NCBI GenBank assembly: GCA_031962025.1
Contig: JAVRKW010000004.1
DNA length: 64,000 nt
Strand: one strand, 5' to 3'
From: Pseudothermotoga sp.
Lineage (GTDB): Bacteria > Thermotogota > Thermotogae > Thermotogales > DSM-5069
A model generated the notes under the pieces. That model was not told where the DNA came from. It worked only from the letters and a program-made list of their open reading frames with translations, and did not search any database. Numbering within the stretch: the stretch's first letter is position 1; every line of letters begins with the position of its first letter. A program made the position numbers and the translations under genes. Below, in pieces: positions 61,881 to 64,000 of the stretch.

Positions 61881-63385
61881 CACTCTTTCAATTCTTTTAT
61901 CAGTTTTTCGAGCGTTCTTTTGACAAATTCTCTGTCTTTGTTCTGCCAAGGCAATCTGTTCAGAAAATCTTCGGCATAGCAATAAAAGGCATTTGTCATA
62001 TCCGGGTGATTGATTGCAAAAAGTCTGACGGGCGGATCTTTTTTGAAAACAGTGACACCGATCTGATCTTTCACAGAAACATGCACGTTGGTGTTTATGT
62101 TTTTTGAGCAGATGCATAGATGGTAATTGTTGTATTTTTCAGTGAGATAGAGCAGATATTCAAGATGCTCGATGTACTCTTTTGTTGAATAAAACAATTC
62201 TCTATCGGATGCGGGCATTTCAACGGACACCTTCCCGGCTTTGATGTGTTCAGCATCCGTTAATGCAAGTATATGAACACACACATTTTCTTTGAGATTT
62301 TTCTGAAAGAACGCAGATCTTTTTCTCCAGTGAGAGATGATTTGTTGATCGGACTGAATTTGGTTGCGCGTTAAGATCTTTTCAAGAACTTCTTCGGGCA
62401 TAGTGGCAAAAGGAAGCCCGTCTGTCATCATAAAAGATGGCGCAGACTGTTCTTCGAAATCTTCAAGGAGCGTAAACATTTCCTGTGAACCAACCTGCGG
62501 TATCTTCATCAGGGGACGGCATGTGCCCAGAAACTGTTTGTACTCTTCTTCAAGCAGTTCCACTATATTCTGTGCTGTTACAAGGAAATTCACCGTCTGC
62601 TGAAAGTTCTCCAGAGTCGAGCAGAAAAAAGCCGCAGTTTGTGGTATAACAAACAGTGTTCTTCTGAAATAATGCTCGCGGTACTTTGGATTGTAGTACG
62701 GTGTGACAGAACCGGTCATGTACAGCGGCAACCAGAAATCTATCGCGGCGAGCATTTCAGAGATGTCTCTGCTCATCGTGTGCACCATGTTTATTTTCCA
62801 GCCTTTTTTGGTGAGCTCAATCAAAGTTCCACCAAGCTGAAGCGCGTAGTTTCTATCAGAAAGAAACCAGTCTACACTTTCATCACTGTACAAAAGCAGT
62901 GTACTTATTTTGCTCGATTGCATGGCGAATGACAGAAATTTCATGACGCCTATTTGTTTTCCTTTGTTTGCATAGAAGATCTCAAAATCAACCTTTTGAC
63001 CTTCAATCGGCACGTTTAACTCGCCCATACCCGGCAGGGTTTTGAAAAGGGATATTTTGTTCAAAAATCCTCCGATCAGTTTTGTGTCTGGTATCGCCGT
63101 GTCTAATAACCATCCTGTCACTATCTGTACCAGTTCTTCTCTTTCAAGAGACTGCGGCGCACAGCCGGTGATCTCACATATAGCCAATTTTTGATGTTCC
63201 ATCTTGGCATGATCAACCACGTAAGAGGCTATCATCTCTATATAATGACTGTCCTTTGCCGGTGTTCTTGAGCCTGATCTCCACCGGCTCACCAGCGAGG
63301 GATCGACCGAGAGTGCCTTTGCGAGCGCGTTGTTTGTGATGTTGAGAACATTCATCAACAAGCTCAATCTTCTGGCAAAATCCAT
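61880..63385 (-). CDS. XRE-family HTH transcriptional regulator with a large C-terminal domain
   Basis: LAKALSVDPSLVSRWRSGSRTP N-terminal HTH; GGGGGG RBS. Confidence 0.8.
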   Translation of the reverse strand: MDFARRLSLLMNVLNITNNALAKALSVDPSLVSRWRSGSRTPAKDSHYIEMIASYVVDHAKMEHQKLAICEITGCAPQSLEREELVQIVTGWLLDTAIPDTKLIGGFLNKISLFKTLPGMGELNVPIEGQKVDFEIFYANKGKQIGVMKFLSFAMQSSKISTLLLYSDESVDWFLSDRNYALQLGGTLIELTKKGWKINMVHTMSRDISEMLAAIDFWLPLYMTGSVTPYYNPKYREHYFRRTLFVIPQTAAFFCSTLENFQQTVNFLVTAQNIVELLEEEYKQFLGTCRPLMKIPQVGSQEMFTLLEDFEEQSAPSFMMTDGLPFATMPEEVLEKILTRNQIQSDQQIISHWRKRSAFFQKNLKENVCVHILALTDAEHIKAGKVSVEMPASDRELFYSTKEYIEHLEYLLYLTEKYNNYHLCICSKNINTNVHVSVKDQIGVTVFKKDPPVRLFAINHPDMTNAFYCYAEDFLNRLPWQNKDREFVKRTLEKLIKELKE

Positions 63386-63428
63386 CTAACCCCCCCTTCA
63401 ATACCTTTATAGCACAAATTTGATTTTC

Positions 63429-63462
63429 TGTCACGGTGACATGACAAAAATTGTCAATGACA
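63429..63462. promoter_or_regulatory. Candidate operator array (TGTCA/TGACA half-sites)
   Basis: TGTCA-CGG-TGACA-TGACA-AAAAT-TGTCA-A-TGACA between divergent genes. Confidence 0.55.
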
Positions 63463-63534
63463 CAGTTCGATCAAGGTGAATTTTTTTGCTCGATCGGGTA
63501 TACAGTAAAACCACAGGGTGAAAGGACAGGGACT

Positions 63535-63843
63535 ATGCCGAAAAGTTTTAACATAATGCTCAAAGTGAGTTTTTTCAAAAATGAACTGCACAGAATATCT
63601 TTTAAGGAAAAGAGCGTGGTGTTCACAAATCTGGAACAAAAATCCAAGAGCTTTTCTGTTGAACTGGATGACATAGACGGTGTTTATGTCTATGGTAATC
63701 CCATAAGAGAGATAGAGATAAGGACAAAAAACAGTATCATCATTGGAAATTTCAAATCTACAAGAACTTCAAACCATGCTCTGTCGATTTTGAAGGATGT
63801 CTTTAAAGAAAAACTCGCTCACATATACCAAGGGGGGATCTGA
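63535..63843 (+). CDS. Hypothetical protein (possibly PH-like beta fold)
   Basis: AGGACAGGGA before ATG; beta-rich 102 aa; stop abuts the next ATG. Confidence 0.55.
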   Translation: MPKSFNIMLKVSFFKNELHRISFKEKSVVFTNLEQKSKSFSVELDDIDGVYVYGNPIREIEIRTKNSIIIGNFKSTRTSNHALSILKDVFKEKLAHIYQGGI

Positions 63844-64000
63844 ATGACTCAGAACATGGTTGGTTTTTCAGAAAAGATCGGCGATCAGGCTTACGACAGG
63901 TACAGAAAATCTTCAAGAAAATGGTCTTACATCTTTTCCTTGATACTGGCGATCGTTGCCGTGGTCGCTTTTTCGGTCTATGGATCTGTCTCAAAAACCA
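63844..64000 (+). CDS. Membrane protein, N-terminal part (3'-truncated by the window)
   Basis: AGGGGGA RBS; MTQNMVGFSEKI...WSYIFSLILAIVAVVAFSVYG open to the window end. Confidence 0.6.
   Translation, partial: MTQNMVGFSEKIGDQAYDRYRKSSRKWSYIFSLILAIVAVVAFSVYGSVSKT

Noticed and set aside
61884..62117. Long N-terminal extension of the Ppx-like ORF (similarly for the RNase Z, pncB, porB and porC ORFs)
   Set aside because: These extensions overlap neighbouring real genes; internal starts with an RBS or stop/start coupling fit the family N-termini.

Overview
This window looks like a Thermotogales chromosome segment, most likely Pseudothermotoga-like. That call is inferred from the hrcA-grpE-dnaJ operon without dnaK, tRNA-Arg(GCG), and the buk-ptb-buk-vor and por clusters. 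Positions 1-42.8 kb are mostly core metabolism: a PotABCD-like ABC importer, a branched-chain 2-oxoacid fermentation operon, serine/hydroxypyruvate enzymes, pdxST, pncAB, pyruvate:ferredoxin oxidoreductase, a GH57 enzyme, heat-shock genes with a CIRCE element, murE/murF/mraY, acpP, nfo, rqcH, frr-uppS-cdsA and alaS. Positions 43-60.7 kb are accessory and hold a Wzx/Wzy polysaccharide locus with two pseudogenes. That locus is interrupted by (i) an oppositely oriented four-gene cassette of unknown function (DUF1659-like, DUF2922-like, a small helical protein and a sigma-70 region-2-only protein) behind a palindrome-rich leader, and (ii) a 309-bp internally deleted IS200/IS605 element that keeps both ends and the omega-RNA region. 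Two tandem AAA-ATPase/PD-(D/E)XK paralogues with alternating near-identical and divergent blocks follow. The window ends with tRNA-Ser(GCT), tRNA-Arg(GCG), a Ppx/GppA-like gene overlapping the tRNA, and an XRE regulator with a candidate TGTCA/TGACA operator. All family calls come from motif recognition by eye; no searches were run.
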